Below are positions 1-11,640 of a DNA stretch of 64,000 nt, piece by piece; position 1 is the first letter of the stretch; each line of letters opens with the position of its first letter. Source of the stretch: Octopus vulgaris (lineage: Eukaryota). Below the pieces are notes generated by a model, which worked only from the letters and a program-made list of their open reading frames with translations, ran no database searches and had not been told where the DNA came from. Position numbers and translations under genes: made by a program. The stretch is from NCBI GenBank assembly GCA_951406725.2, contig OX597842.1, positions 14,012,001-14,076,000 on the forward strand, given 5' to 3'.

Positions 1-1439
1 CAGAAGGAGGCGTGAAATATTTCACGCTATGGCTGTAATATCGTTTCTTTTAATTCAGCTGACATCCATCTCGATAATCTTTCGTTTTAAGTATTCACGC
101 GCTGAAAGAAAGAATACAAAAAAATCTGCAAACCAAATAAATTAAATGTGATTTATTTTCAAAGTGAAATATATTCCAAAATTGCTAAATGATTTAAGAT
201 ATGACTGAGGGTACTCTGCCTGTTGTTTCTAGCTTAAAGAAGATGTCATCTATGGAGAGAGAAGGAACGTGTCTCCATAGACTTCAACATCTGCATTCAG
301 GATGGGAATAAGAAGACAATAAACTGAAAAGCAAAAACAATGTGAATATTAGGTACCTGGCTGTTATTTCTAGCATGATGTAAGGCCAAGCTTAGGAGAA
401 TATCCTTAACGTTCTCTGACGCGTCATCAGAGCGAACGATTTGCACGAAACTTGTTTAAACAGCGGAATTAAGTCTGACCCTCTTCTAAGTGCCGTGTAT
501 TGCGTTGCTGAATGGAAGCTTGGCCGCATCCACAAAGGGAAAAAGGATGAAGAAACGCGAATGCGCGTTGACTTGTGATTTCAGTTGCTGCAGCAGCCAA
601 CCTATGATTTGTATTGAGATGTAAGTGTGAACGATTGGAACCAAATGCAGCTGAAAGGCACGAGGAATTCTGAAACTTTGATTATTGCGCCGAATCGATG
701 TATTTAATTATTTAATTAATGATTAATTACATACTTACTCTATGTATGTGTGTCCGCGCGTGTGTGGGCTTACATTTGACTAAACCCCATGGCTTCACGA
801 CCAGTGTTTGTTTGTTTACGTCCCTGTAGATTAGTCGTTTGGCAAAAGTTACCGACAGAAATATTATGCACGCACGTACACACACGCACACACACACACT
901 CACACACACAAACATATGCTGGAGTAGTCCCTTCAATTAAAATTCAATAAAAGTTTACCCCAGCCTGGCCGCTGTGCAATGACTGAACCCAGTAAAAAAG
1001 CGTAAGGTTTCAATGAAACACTCCTTTCTTCTTCCCTAAACATATTCGCCAATTTCTAAACACTTCAATGAATTATTTACATTAAAACAGATTTGGAAAT
1101 CTTCACAGATTTTATTTAACAAAACAGAACCTGATACAGTTTCATGCAAAAAGGGATGTAATAAGAGTTATTATCCTTACCGTTCGCTCCTCCCATCTTA
1201 TTATCTAATTCACCATGACTCCACCCATTTCCTTTGTTACCTCCTACCCTTCCTCTATTTGAAATATATTCATCGTTCTCTCTCTCTCTCTCTCGCTCCC
1301 TCTTTCTCTGTCTCTCTATCTCTTTCTATTCTCTCATCTCATTATTTATTACAGAATCCTCCCACTCTGTTTTCTGTCTTAACCCCGCCTCCCGTTCTAA
1401 ACCTTACTAAACGCATATAGCATTTTGTTTCAATCCCCC

Positions 1440-3430
1440 TCTCTCTCTCTCTCAGTCGTCCTTTCTCTCTCTCTCTCCCTCCCTCCCTTACTCTATATAT
1501 CTTTCTATATCACTCCGTCACTCCCACTTTCTCTCTCTTACCTCATGCTCTCCTTCTCTCTCCCTCCCTTTCTCTCTCTCTCTCAGTCATCCTTTCTCTC
1601 TCCCTCCCTCCCTTACTCTATATATCTTTCTATATCACTCCATCACTCCCTCTTTCTCTCTCTTACCTCATGCTCTCTTTCTCTCTCAATCCCTCTCTCT
1701 CTCTAAGTCGTCTTTTCTCTATCTCTCTCCCTCCCTCCATTACTCTATATTTCTTTCTATATCACTCCATCACTCCCTCTTTCTCTCTCTTACCTCATGC
1801 TCTCTTTCTCTCTCCCTCCCTTTCTCTCTCTCTCTAAGTCGTCTTTCTCTCTCTCTCTCCCTCCCTCCCTTACTCTATATATCTTTCTATATCATTCCGT
1901 CACTCCCACTTTCTCTCTCTTACCTCATGCTCTCTTTCTCTCTCCCTCCCTTTCTCTCTCTCTCTAAGTCGTCTTTTCTCTCTCTCTCTCTCCCTCCCTC
2001 CCTTACTCTATATATCTTTCTATATCACTCCGTCACTCCCTCTTTCTCTCTCTTACCTCATGCTCTCTTTCTCTCTCCCCCCTCTCTCTCTCTAAGTCGT
2101 CTTTTCTCTCTCTCTCTCCCTCTCTCCATTACTCTATATATCTTTCTATATCACTCCATCACTCCCTCTTTCTCTCTCTTACCTCATGCTCTCTTTCTCT
2201 CTCCCTCCCTCTCTCTCTCTAAGTCGTCATTTCTCTCTCTCTCTCCCTCCCTCCCTTACTCTATATATCTTTCTATATCACTCCATCACTCCCTCTTTCT
2301 CTCTCTTACCTCATGCTCTCTTTTTCTCTCCCTCCCATCCTCTCTCCCTCTAAGTCGTCCTTTCTCTCTCTCTCCCTCCCTCCCTTACTCTATATATCTT
2401 TCTATATCACTCCATCACTCCCTCTTTCTCTCTCTTACCTCATGCTCTCTTTCTCTCTCCCTCCCTCTCGCTCTCTAAGTCGTCTTTCCTCTCTCTCTCC
2501 CTCCCTCCATTACTCTATATATCTTTCTATATCACTCCATCACTCCCTCTTCCTCTCTCTTACCTCATGCTCTTTTTCTCTCTCCCTCCCATCCTCTCTC
2601 TCTCTCAGTCGTCCTTTCTCTCTCTCTCTCCCTCCCTCCCTTACTCTATATATCTTTCTATATCACTCCATCACTCCCTCTTTCTCTCTCTTACCTCATG
2701 CTCTCCTTCTCTCTCCCTCCCTTTCTCTCTCTCTCTCAGTCGTCCTTTCTCTCTCTCGCTCCCTCCCTCCCTTTCTCTCTCTCTCTAAGTCGTCCTTTCT
2801 CTCTCTCTCCCTCCCTCTCTTACTATATATATATTTCTATATCACTCCGTCACTCCCTCTTTCTCTCTCTTACCTCATGCTCTCTTTCTCTCTCCCTCCC
2901 TCTCTCTCTCTCTAAGTCGTCTTTTCTCTCTCTCTCTCCCTCCCTCCCTTACTCTATATATCTTTCTATATCACTCCATCACTCCCTCTTTCTCTCTGTT
3001 ACCTCATGCTCTCTTTCTCTCTCCCTCCCTCTCTCTCTCTAAGTCGTCTTTTCTCTCTCTCTCTCCCTCCCTCCCTTACTCTATATATCTTTCTATATCA
3101 CTCCATCACTCCCTCTTTCTCTCTCTTACCTCATGCTCTCTTTCTCTCTCCCTCCCATCCTCTCTCTCTAAGTCGTCTTTTCTCTCTCTCTCCCTCCCTC
3201 CCTTACTCTATATATCTTTCTATATCACTCCATCACTCCCTCTTTCTCTCTCTTACCTCATGCTCTCTTTCTCTCTCCCTCCCATCCTCTCTCTCTCTAA
3301 GTCGTCTTTTCTCTCTCTCTCTTCCTCCCTCCCTTACTCTATATATCTTTCTATATCACTCCGTCACTCCCTCTTTCTCTCTCTTACCTCATGCTCTCTT
3401 TCTCTCTCCCTCCCTTTCTCTCTCGTCTAC
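1440..3430. repeat. CT-rich minisatellite, about 15 copies of a ~125-bp unit
   Basis: Anchor CTTACCTCATGC recurs at roughly 1538, 1662, 1789, 1918, 2052, 2178, 2305, 2435, 2559, 2690, 2869, 2998, 3126, 3252 and 3383; unit length varies through (CT)n slippage. Confidence 0.95.
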
Positions 3431-3869
3431 CAAAACACGTCAATCATCTTCTCCCTCTTTGTCTCCTTTCTCTCAGCCTCTCATTATATATTCATTTTGA
3501 ACACACCTCCGCCTTCCTTTCTATATTACCTCATTCTCTCCTCTTGCTTCAAATATATATCAGTCTCTCTCTCTCCCTGTTTCTCTCTCTTTCTGTTTCT
3601 CTCTCCCTCTTTCTTTTTCTCTCTTTCTCTATCTTTCTTTCTCTCTCTCTTTCTCCCCATCTAGTTCTTCCTCATATTTTCTCTCTCCTTCACTCTCACA
3701 CTCTCTCTTTCTCCCCCTCTCTCTCTCCCCATTATATATTAACACTTCGCCTTTTTCTCTTCGTCTCTCAACTCATACTATCCCTCTCTACTAAAGACGT
3801 TTTGTTCTAATTCGCTCTTCCTCCCCCTCTCCCTCTTTCTACCTCTCTCATCTCACCCTCCATTGCAGA

Positions 3870-4747
3870 ATCACTTCAGCCTTTCTTTCTTCTTTCCTTT
3901 ATCTCTTTCTTCCTTCCTTCCTTTCTTCTTTTCCTTCTTTCTTTCTTTCTCCCTTCCTTCCTTCATTTCTTTCCCTCTTTCTTTCGTTCTCCTTCCTTTT
4001 TCTCTTTTAGTCTTTCTTTCGTTCTTTCATCTCTCTCTTTCTTTCTTTCCTCCTTTATTTGTTTACTCCTTTCTTTACTTTTTCTTCATTCCTTTCTTTC
4101 TCTCTTTATTTCTTTCCGGCTTTCTTTCCTCCTTTCTGTCTTAATTTCTGTCTTTCTTCCTTCCTTCTTTACTTTCCTTCTTTCTTTTTTTCTTTTTTCC
4201 TTTCCCTTTTCCTTTCTCTCTGTCTTACTTTTTTCTTTCTTCCTTTCTGTTTCCTACTTCCTTCCTTCCTTCCTTCCTTTCTTCCTTTCTATCTTTCTTT
4301 CTTTCTGTCTTTCTTCCTTTCTTTCATTCTTTCATTCTTCCTTCGTTTCTTTCTTTCTTCCTTCCATACTTTCTTTCTGTTTTTCTTTCTTCCTTTCTTT
4401 CTTTCTTTCTTTCTTCAATTCTTTCTTTCTTTCTGTCTTCCTTTCTACTTTTCTTTCTTTCCTTCTTTCTTTCTTCCTTTCTTTCTTTCGTTATTTCTTT
4501 CTGTCTATCTTTCTTTCTTTCGTTCTCTCTTTCCTTCTTCTTTTCTTTCTTTCGTTCTTCCTTTCTTTTTTCTTTCTGTCTTTCTTCCATCCTTTCTTTC
4601 TTTCTTCTTTTCTTTCTTTCTTTCTTCGTTTCTTTCTGTCTTTCTTTCTTCCTTATTTTCTTTCTTTCTTTCTGTCTTTCTTCCTTTCTTTTATTCTGTC
4701 TTTCTGTCTTTCTTTCTTTCTTTCTCTCTTTTCTTCTTCCTTTTTTC

Positions 4748-4785
<38 letters not shown>

Positions 4786-5990
4786 CTCTTTCAATCTCTC
4801 TTTCGTTCTTCCTTTCTTCCTTTCTTTCTGTCTTTCTTCCTTCCTTCCCTTCTTTCATTCCTTCTTCATTTCTTTCTGTCTTTCTGTCTTTCTTCGTTCC
4901 TTCCTTTCTTTCTTTCTTTCTTTCTTCGTTTCTTTCTGTCCTTCTATCTTCTTTTCATTCTTTCTTTCTTTCTTCCTTTCTTTCTGTCATTCTTTCTTCC
5001 TTTCTTCCGTTCTTTCTTTCTTTCTTTCCTTCTTCCTTCTTTTTTTCTTTCTTTCTTTCTTCTTTTCTATCTTTCTTTCTTCCTTCTTTTTTTCTTTCTT
5101 TCTTCTTTTCTATCTTTCTTTCTTCCTTCCTTTCTTTCTTTTCTTTCTTTCTTTCTTTCTTCCTTCCTTCCTTTCTTTCTATCTTTCATTCGTTCTTTCT
5201 TTCTTTCTACCCTTCTTTCTTTCATTCTTCCCTTCTTTCTTTCTTCCTTTCTGTTTTTCTTCCGTTCTGTCTTTCTTCCTTCTTTTCTTTCTTCCTTCTT
5301 TTCTTCCTTCCTTCTTTTCTTTCTTCCTTTCATTCTTTCTTCCTTTCATTCTTTCTTCCTTTCATTCTTTCTTCCTTTCATTCTTTCTTCCTTTCATTCT
5401 TTCTTCCTTTCTTTCTTTCCATCTTCCTTTCTTTCTTCCTTTCACTCTTTCTTCCTTTTCTCTCTTTCTTTCTGTACTTCCTTCATTCTTTCTTTCTTCC
5501 CTCCTTCCTTTCTTTCTTTCTTTCTTTCTTCCTTTCTTTCTTTCTTCCTTTCTTTTTTTTCTTTCTTTCTTCCCTTCTTCCTTCTACCTTTCTTTCTTTC
5601 TTTCTGTCTACTCTCTCTTTCCTTCTTCCTTCTTTCCTTCCTTTCCTTTCTTTCTTTCTTTCTTTCTTTTCCCTTCCTTTCTTTCTTTCTTTCTTTCTCA
5701 CTTTCTTTCAGTATTTCTTCCTTTCATACTTTCCTATCTTTCTTTCCTTCTGTCTTTCTTTCTTTCTTTCTTTCTGTCTGTCTTTCTTTCTTTCCTTCTT
5801 TGTTTGTTTGTTTCCTTTCTTCCTTTCTCTCATTCCTTCTTCATTTTTCTCTTTTTTTCGTTCCTTCTTTCTTTCTTTCTGTCTTTCTTTCTTTCTTCCT
5901 TTCAGTCTTTCTTTCTTACTTCCTTTCTCTCATTCCTTCTTCCTTTCTTCCTTCCTTTCTTTCTTTCATTCGTTCTTTCTTTCTTTCTTT
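3870..5990. repeat. Degenerate (TTTC)n/(TTCC)n polypyrimidine microsatellite
   Basis: About 2.1 kb almost entirely T/C; the F/L/S and K/E/R ORFs here are its translations. Confidence 0.95.
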
Positions 5991-6094
5991 GCTTGTGTGT
6001 TGGTTTCCTTCTTTCACTTTGCGCCAACCAAACTCGCTAACGACATTTTTTTTTATAATGCGAAAACATTTAACATTATTAATTACCTCAGAAA

Positions 6095-6190
6095 GGCGGT
6101 GAACTGGCAGAGTCGTTAACACGCCGGACAAAATGCTGAACAGCATTTAATCCGTCTGTACTTTCTGAGTTCAAATTCTGCTGAGGTCAT
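6095..6190 (+). mobile_element. tRNA-derived SINE head (fragment)
   Basis: GGCGGTGAACTGGCAGAGTCGTTAAC...CTGAGTTCAAATTC with A/B-box-like motifs; related copies at 18527, 31617 and 59760. Confidence 0.7.
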
Positions 6191-6630
6191 CTCCAGATTC
6201 CATCTTTTCCGTGTTGACATAATATTTTAAATTTAAACCTGCTCAAGTTTGTTTCATCTTTCATCCATCTGCAGATCATAAAATAACACCCCCTTTGCAT
6301 TCCAGTAATAATAGGTAGGGAACAGTATGTTTGCTGTATACATGGAAATGTGTGGGTGTGTGCTTGTGTTAATGAGTGCGTGTGTTTGTGTGTGTGTATG
6401 TGTGTGTATAACTGCATTTTTGTCTGTGTGTGTGATTGTGTGTGTGAGAGAGAGACAGACGTCAAAGATAGATAGTAGGAAGAGAAGGTATAAAGGAATA
6501 ATATGTAGGGAACAAGTGGAGAGGGAAGGGTACGTTGATTGAAAGAATGTTCGAAGGCTTAGGAAAGAATTTCTCTATAGCAGTGGGGTGGACGTAAAGC
6601 TAATTGTTCAAACCACAGTGACTATCGTTA

Positions 6631-7890
6631 TCATTTATATGAGTAGAAAGTGTGTTTCTGCCAGTGTTTACATTTGTACGATTTTTCTATGAGTGTGTTT
6701 ACTAGGAGAACCTTAGAGAAAATGATATGGAAGAGTTCAGAGTTACAAATGTTACAAAATCTCCTGTCCTTATCAAAAGGAAAGGATACAGACAGTATGA
6801 ACCAATCTAACTTGAAATCTATATTATTGTCTTTTAGACGCCAAACTAATTTACTTAGCCCTGTACTATGTCGTTTTTTACTATCCCTGAATGTTGAGTA
6901 GTGGTTTGAAATTCTCTTGGATAACTGGGAAGTGGACGCTCCTATATAGAAGAAGACATCGGTACCGGAAGAAATTCTACACTGGTAAATAGAATTCTTA
7001 ATCTTAGAATTACTAGACAAAAATTTAATTCTGTTGGTGTTGTCCTCCGAGATCGAGACAAAGTTTTTATTGTTATGATTGTTGTTACTATTATTATTAG
7101 CGCTAACAACTACACTATTTCTATTATTATAAGTATTATTAATGGTATTACAACCAGCAATACCACCGACAATAATACCGTTATTGTTGTTATCATCAAC
7201 ACTACCATTGTTATTAACACGACTAATACTATTATTAATATTATCATTGTTAACACTTTCGCTGCTACTAATGCTGCTACTATTAATACTATTCCTATTA
7301 TTATGATTGTATGATGGGTTGGAATTAGCAAGATTAGTGTTGGAACTCCCGGGTGAAGAATCTTTGTTTAGCAGCTTGGTATTGTGGGAAGATATAATTT
7401 GTGAAAGATTCCTAGTGTTAGAGAAAGCTATTCTGACCTTGTGGGAATTGATAATAGAATGATATCTAGAATTTCTGGGAAAGTTCCTAGCAACGGCTTC
7501 ACGGAACTGTAAGGGAAGGTTCGATTTAATTTGTTTTCCGAAAGGTATTACAAACTAGATACAGTTTTTTGTGGTCTTTGAATTGTTCTTTGTGTTATTT
7601 GTGATAGTAAGAGCAAAATTTCTGGGTTGGAAATTTGGGGTTGCATGGCGCTTACCTCCCCTAGTCCGTAAAGAATTTATTTTATGTACAGGGTTGCTGG
7701 CACTATAAGAATTGAAATCATTATTCCTATTACGAGTAACTTTACTATCTGGAGAAGCAGATATTAGTTTAGAATGAGCTGGGTTGATGTATTACACTTT
7801 CTCCTTATAACCGGCTCTTGACAAGGCGGCGTTATAGAAGTCTGCCTTTTGGTTAAAGATGTCGACATTAGCAGATAATATGGACTGTCT
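6631..7890 (-). mobile_element. Penelope-like retroelement, 5'-truncated (RT C-terminus plus GIY-YIG endonuclease)
   Basis: ORF 6631-7020 reads SIYQC...FFYIGAST...KRISNH...STGLSKLVW..K...CNICNSE...KCKH (PLE GIY-YIG). Upstream degenerate frames read FYNAALSRAGY and FVIPFGKQIKSN...KVRIAFSNTRNLSQIISSHN. Confidence 0.85.
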
Positions 7891-8299
7891 CAGAGATATG
7901 TTTTTAACAAAATTATCGGTAATTGGCTTGGCATGATTACTGAAAATGCTGATATACTTAAGATTATCATAAACCTTCCACGAGGGTTTGGTAAATCTCG
8001 CCGCAATACAGCCAGGTCCCGTCTGACTTTTCTGGATTCCCTGGTAAACGAAATATACAGGGAAACTAGTGACCCCCAGCTAGGTATGACTCCCTTCTGT
8101 GAATATCTGTCTAAATAATTCTTATTCAGCAGAATGTAGGATGGTCGACTCAAACACAATGACAAAGTAAATCTTGCTCTTCACACAGAGCAAGAAGCTG
8201 ACTGCAAATAATTTGATAAACTCGGCCCTCTCCTCCTAGGAAGGTCTGTTAGGCTAATCTTTTCAATCCTTTCCGCTTCATTGAACTATTTCACAATTG

Positions 8300-9425
8300 T
8301 TACCATAAGCACGCGGAGGGGCATTTTGTATGTTGATGATTGTGATCCGGTAGCACACACAGGGATTGATATGCAACACATTTTGAATGCATTCTCTGAT
8401 GCTTGCACTGCCTTAGGATTGACAGACAATCTCAAGCAAACTGTTTTCATGTATTAACCTGCCCCTAGTAAGCAGTATAGTGTACCAAATATCTATGTGA
8501 ATGGTAAACGACTTGATGTAGTCGATCAGTTTGACTACCTGGGAAGTACTATTAATAGATATGGCAATGCGGATGAGGAAATTCCATATAGAATTAGGAA
8601 AGCAAGGAAGGCTAGAAAAGTGCATCTGGAGTCAGCGAGACATATGCAGAAAGACAAAGATAAAGGTGTACAAGGCATGTGTCGTTCTTTCTCTTCTCTA
8701 TGCCTGCGAGACGTGGGTCATATATGGATACCACCTTAAACAACTGGAACGTTTCCATCAGATGTGCCTCAGACAGATCTATGGCATTAAGTGGAAGGAC
8801 CGCATCGGTGATCTTGAAATACTCGAAGGCTCTCGGTGTGAAAGTATAGAAGCTCTTGTGTTAAAGCAAAGGCTCAGATGGAGTGGTCATCTGGTCAGAA
8901 TGAAGGATTCAAGGATGCCAAAACAACTCTTTTATGGAGAGTTAGCTAAAGGAGAACGACCTCCACATAAACCAAAAAAGAGGTATAAGGACTTGCTGAA
9001 GGCTTCCTTAAGAGATGCTTGCATCTCTCCTGACACATAGGAAGGCATAGCTATTGATCGTAGCAGATGGAGAAGGATTGTGCATGAGGGGACAGCCACA
9101 TTTGAAAAATCTCGAGTTGCACATGAGAAAGTAAGGAGGGATGTCATGAAGGGCATCGCTGGTACACTTCCAGAAGGGAAGGGTGTTCCTTTGATTCTGA
9201 CATGCGATGTCTGTGCAAGACCCTGCCTCAGTAAAGCTGGACTCATGAGTCATCTTCGTAGTCATAAAACGAGACAGATGAGTGACAACCTGGCCACTTG
9301 TGGTGGTGTAACACACCATACTAATCATATCTGTCGGGCATGTGGAAGAGAGTGTAATTCGGCAGGAGGACTTAAACGAGATGCAAAGGTACATGAAGCC
9401 CAGTTACAACGACGTCGTTGAAATG
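8300..9425 (+). mobile_element. RTE-clade LINE 3' fragment (RT C-terminus plus Cys/His fingers), degenerate
   Basis: LYVDD...QFDYLGS...TKIKVYKACVVLSLLYACETW...LERFHQMCLR...RLRWSGHLVRM...PKQLFYGEL; then CDVCARPCLSKAGLMSHLRSH; frameshift and stops present. Confidence 0.9.
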
Positions 9426-9429
9426 GCCG

Positions 9430-9760
9430 TTGATAATATTTTATCATGGAATGATATGTCACAATGTGCGTCATTTTTGCATGTTTGGAAAATTGGGAGA
9501 ATGGCTTCATGAATTTCTGAAGGATAGAAATCAGGTAGCAGTAACCAATGGGGCCACCTCAAATGACTCGGAACTAGTGAGCACTATTTTGCAAAGCACT
9601 ATTTTCGGACAACTACTGTTCATAATTGCCCTCTCAGACATGCCCTCAGCCACACAGAGAGCCACCATCACAAGTTATACAGATGATACAAAGTTTCACA
9701 AGTAATACAGAACCCTAAAGACGCTATGCACCTACAATATGAGCTGAATGAAATATACCA
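9430..9760 (+). mobile_element. CR1/L2-type RT fragment, degenerate
   Basis: GKLGEWLHEFLKDRNQ...QSTIFGQLLFII...SYTDDTK, a decayed PQGSVLGP/YADD region. Confidence 0.75.
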
Positions 9761-10217
9761 AAAGCCAGCTAGAGACGAAGATCTCTTGGGGCTATAAAGC
9801 TACAGTAACATCCCCTCCCCAATGTGGTTAGCCATGATAAGATGGCTTCTATACTTTACATTATCGAGCGATTACTGTTTCAATCTCATTCTGAGATTTA
9901 ATCATGCTTACTGTTCGTTTTTCGACCTCAGTGGCAGATGCCATTAGAAAAACTTATATCTATTTGCAAAGGAGTCTTCTCTTTCATCGCTACCTGGTGG
10001 TTACCGCCCGTTGACGAGGGACAAAAATCCCGAAACTAGTTCGAGCGTATCACTCAGGCTTGCGAGGAAGGGATGGCCTCCCTTTGCAAATACTCCAAGA
10101 ACACAGATATTGTGTCTAAAGCCAGCTAGAGACGAAGATCTCTTGGGGCTATAAAGCTACAGTAACACCCCCTCCCCAATGTGGTTAGCCATGATAAGAT
10201 GGCTTCTATACTTTACA
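9761..10217 (+). mobile_element. Hammerhead-containing 357-bp repeat unit in partial tandem (retrozyme-like or PLE pLTR-derived)
   Basis: 9761-9860 equals 10118-10217 (99/100 nt); hammerhead motif at 10005-10047; homologous to 52664-53240. Confidence 0.75.
10005..10047 (+). ncRNA. Type I minimal hammerhead ribozyme motif (U3 variant)
   Basis: CGCCCG-UUGACGA-GGGA(CAAAAA)UCCC-GAAAC-UA-GUU-CGAGCG; palindromic stem III ACUAGU; predicted cleavage after 10041. Confidence 0.7.
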
Positions 10218-10224
10218 ATATATA

Positions 10225-10790
10225 AGTAAACACACATATATTCATACAGGAGAGAAGTCTTTGTTATGTGTCTCTCTCAAAATAGTGTACAGAAAGGTGA
10301 GAAGCCAAATTAGCGTTTCTATCTGTGGTAAATCATTCTCTGTAAGAAGTCATTTAACTAAGTGTAATCTCATTCATCGGAAAGCGAAATCATATCATTG
10401 TGATATCTCTGGCAAATTGTTCTCTAGAAGCTCTGGCCCAAGTAAACACACGTGCACTCTTAAAGGGAAGATGCCGTATCACTTTGACATTTGTGGTAAT
10501 TCATTCTAGCAAATCACTAATTTAACTATTCGCGAGAGCATTCATGCAGGAGGACAAAAACCTATCCGTATTATGTCTGCGGTAAATCATTCTCTCTGAA
10601 TGGTTCCTTAACTAAACACAAACATATTCCTGCAGAAGAAGAGGTGTGTTGCTGATGTCATGGAATATCATTGAAAAGACGATTAACTATCGGTGTATCT
10701 AATTATGCAGGTGAGCTATTGTATCAATGTCAAAAACCATTTGATAAAAGAAATATCTTATATAAGAATAAAGGTGTCCACACAAGAAGA
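10225..10790 (+). pseudogene. Decayed tandem C2H2 zinc-finger array
   Basis: HTHIHTGEK, SICGKSFSVRSHLTK, YHCDISGKLFS, PYHFDICGNSF*; lost Cys/His residues, stops and frameshifts. Confidence 0.8.
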
Positions 10791-11084
10791 AAGATATAAC
10801 TGTATGTTATAACAACCGCTGTACACTTTATTTTATATAACCACATCAATATTTACATTGGTAACATTATGGAATGTTCTTTCATAATATCCACTAGCAA
10901 ACCTACCAATCTACGATTGGAGATGAAAGGAAGATAGAAAATAATAACAACTTTCAGTATAAATGTATCTATACTGAAATAGGGCATGGGAAATGTAACA
11001 AAATATAAATAGCGGTTGGTTTCGATTATATTCATGTAGAGTTTATATAGTACATATTCATGATATTATTACGCTTACAAAACT

Positions 11085-11640
11085 TCTTTGTAACAGATAT
11101 TTTGTGATTCATCAACACTAATTTTCAAATTAGCTGAGTCCACTGCTCTGCTCATAGAGACGTACAACTGGCCGTGTGTAAACATCGGACTGGGCAGAAA
11201 CACACCAACATAATCTAAAGTCTAGCCCTGAGACTTGATATTTGTGAATGAGAAGGCTAGTTTTATGGGAAACTGCCTGTATCTTAATTGGAAGGGAAAC
11301 TGGTTGTCGGAGGGTACCAGTGGTATCCGACGTGTGGACAGTTGCTTACCACTGTGAGGGCCACTCGCTATCACTGCCTTGATGACGTGAGGATTGAGTT
11401 GCGTGAGGGTGTATCTTGTTCCGTTGCAATTTCCATTGGCAGGGTCAAAATGTCGTAGCAGCATTATAGGACAGTACTTTTACAGTGAGATCCTATGCTT
11501 AGGTAGTCCCGATGGATTCAATTTGTTAAGGAAATCCTGTAGATACTGGTGCTAATTTCCATCAACTATAATGTCCGAACTTAAATAGTGTCAACTTTCT
11601 TCTGGCAAGTTGTTAATCATGTATCCATTAACATTATTGT
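11085..11640 (-). mobile_element. Helitron RepHel PIF1-helicase fragment
   Basis: PSGLPKH...IMLLRHFDPANGNCNGTR...RIPLVPSD...RQFPIKLAF...KSQG*TL...FTHGQLYVSMSR...TKNICYKEV. Confidence 0.85.

Noticed and set aside
1440-3430. Regularly spaced repeats as a CRISPR array
   Set aside because: The intervening sequences are themselves repeated rather than unique spacers, and the context is eukaryotic with no cas genes.
4059-6119. 686-aa F/L/S-rich ORF and the antisense K/E/R-rich ORFs
   Set aside because: Translations of (TTTC)n, which lacks stop codons by composition; no domain or splice context.
9761-10217. Small LTR element (TRIM) bounded by 100-bp LTRs
   Set aside because: No TG...CA ends, PBS or PPT, and the 53-kb homolog reads across the supposed boundary, indicating circular permutation.
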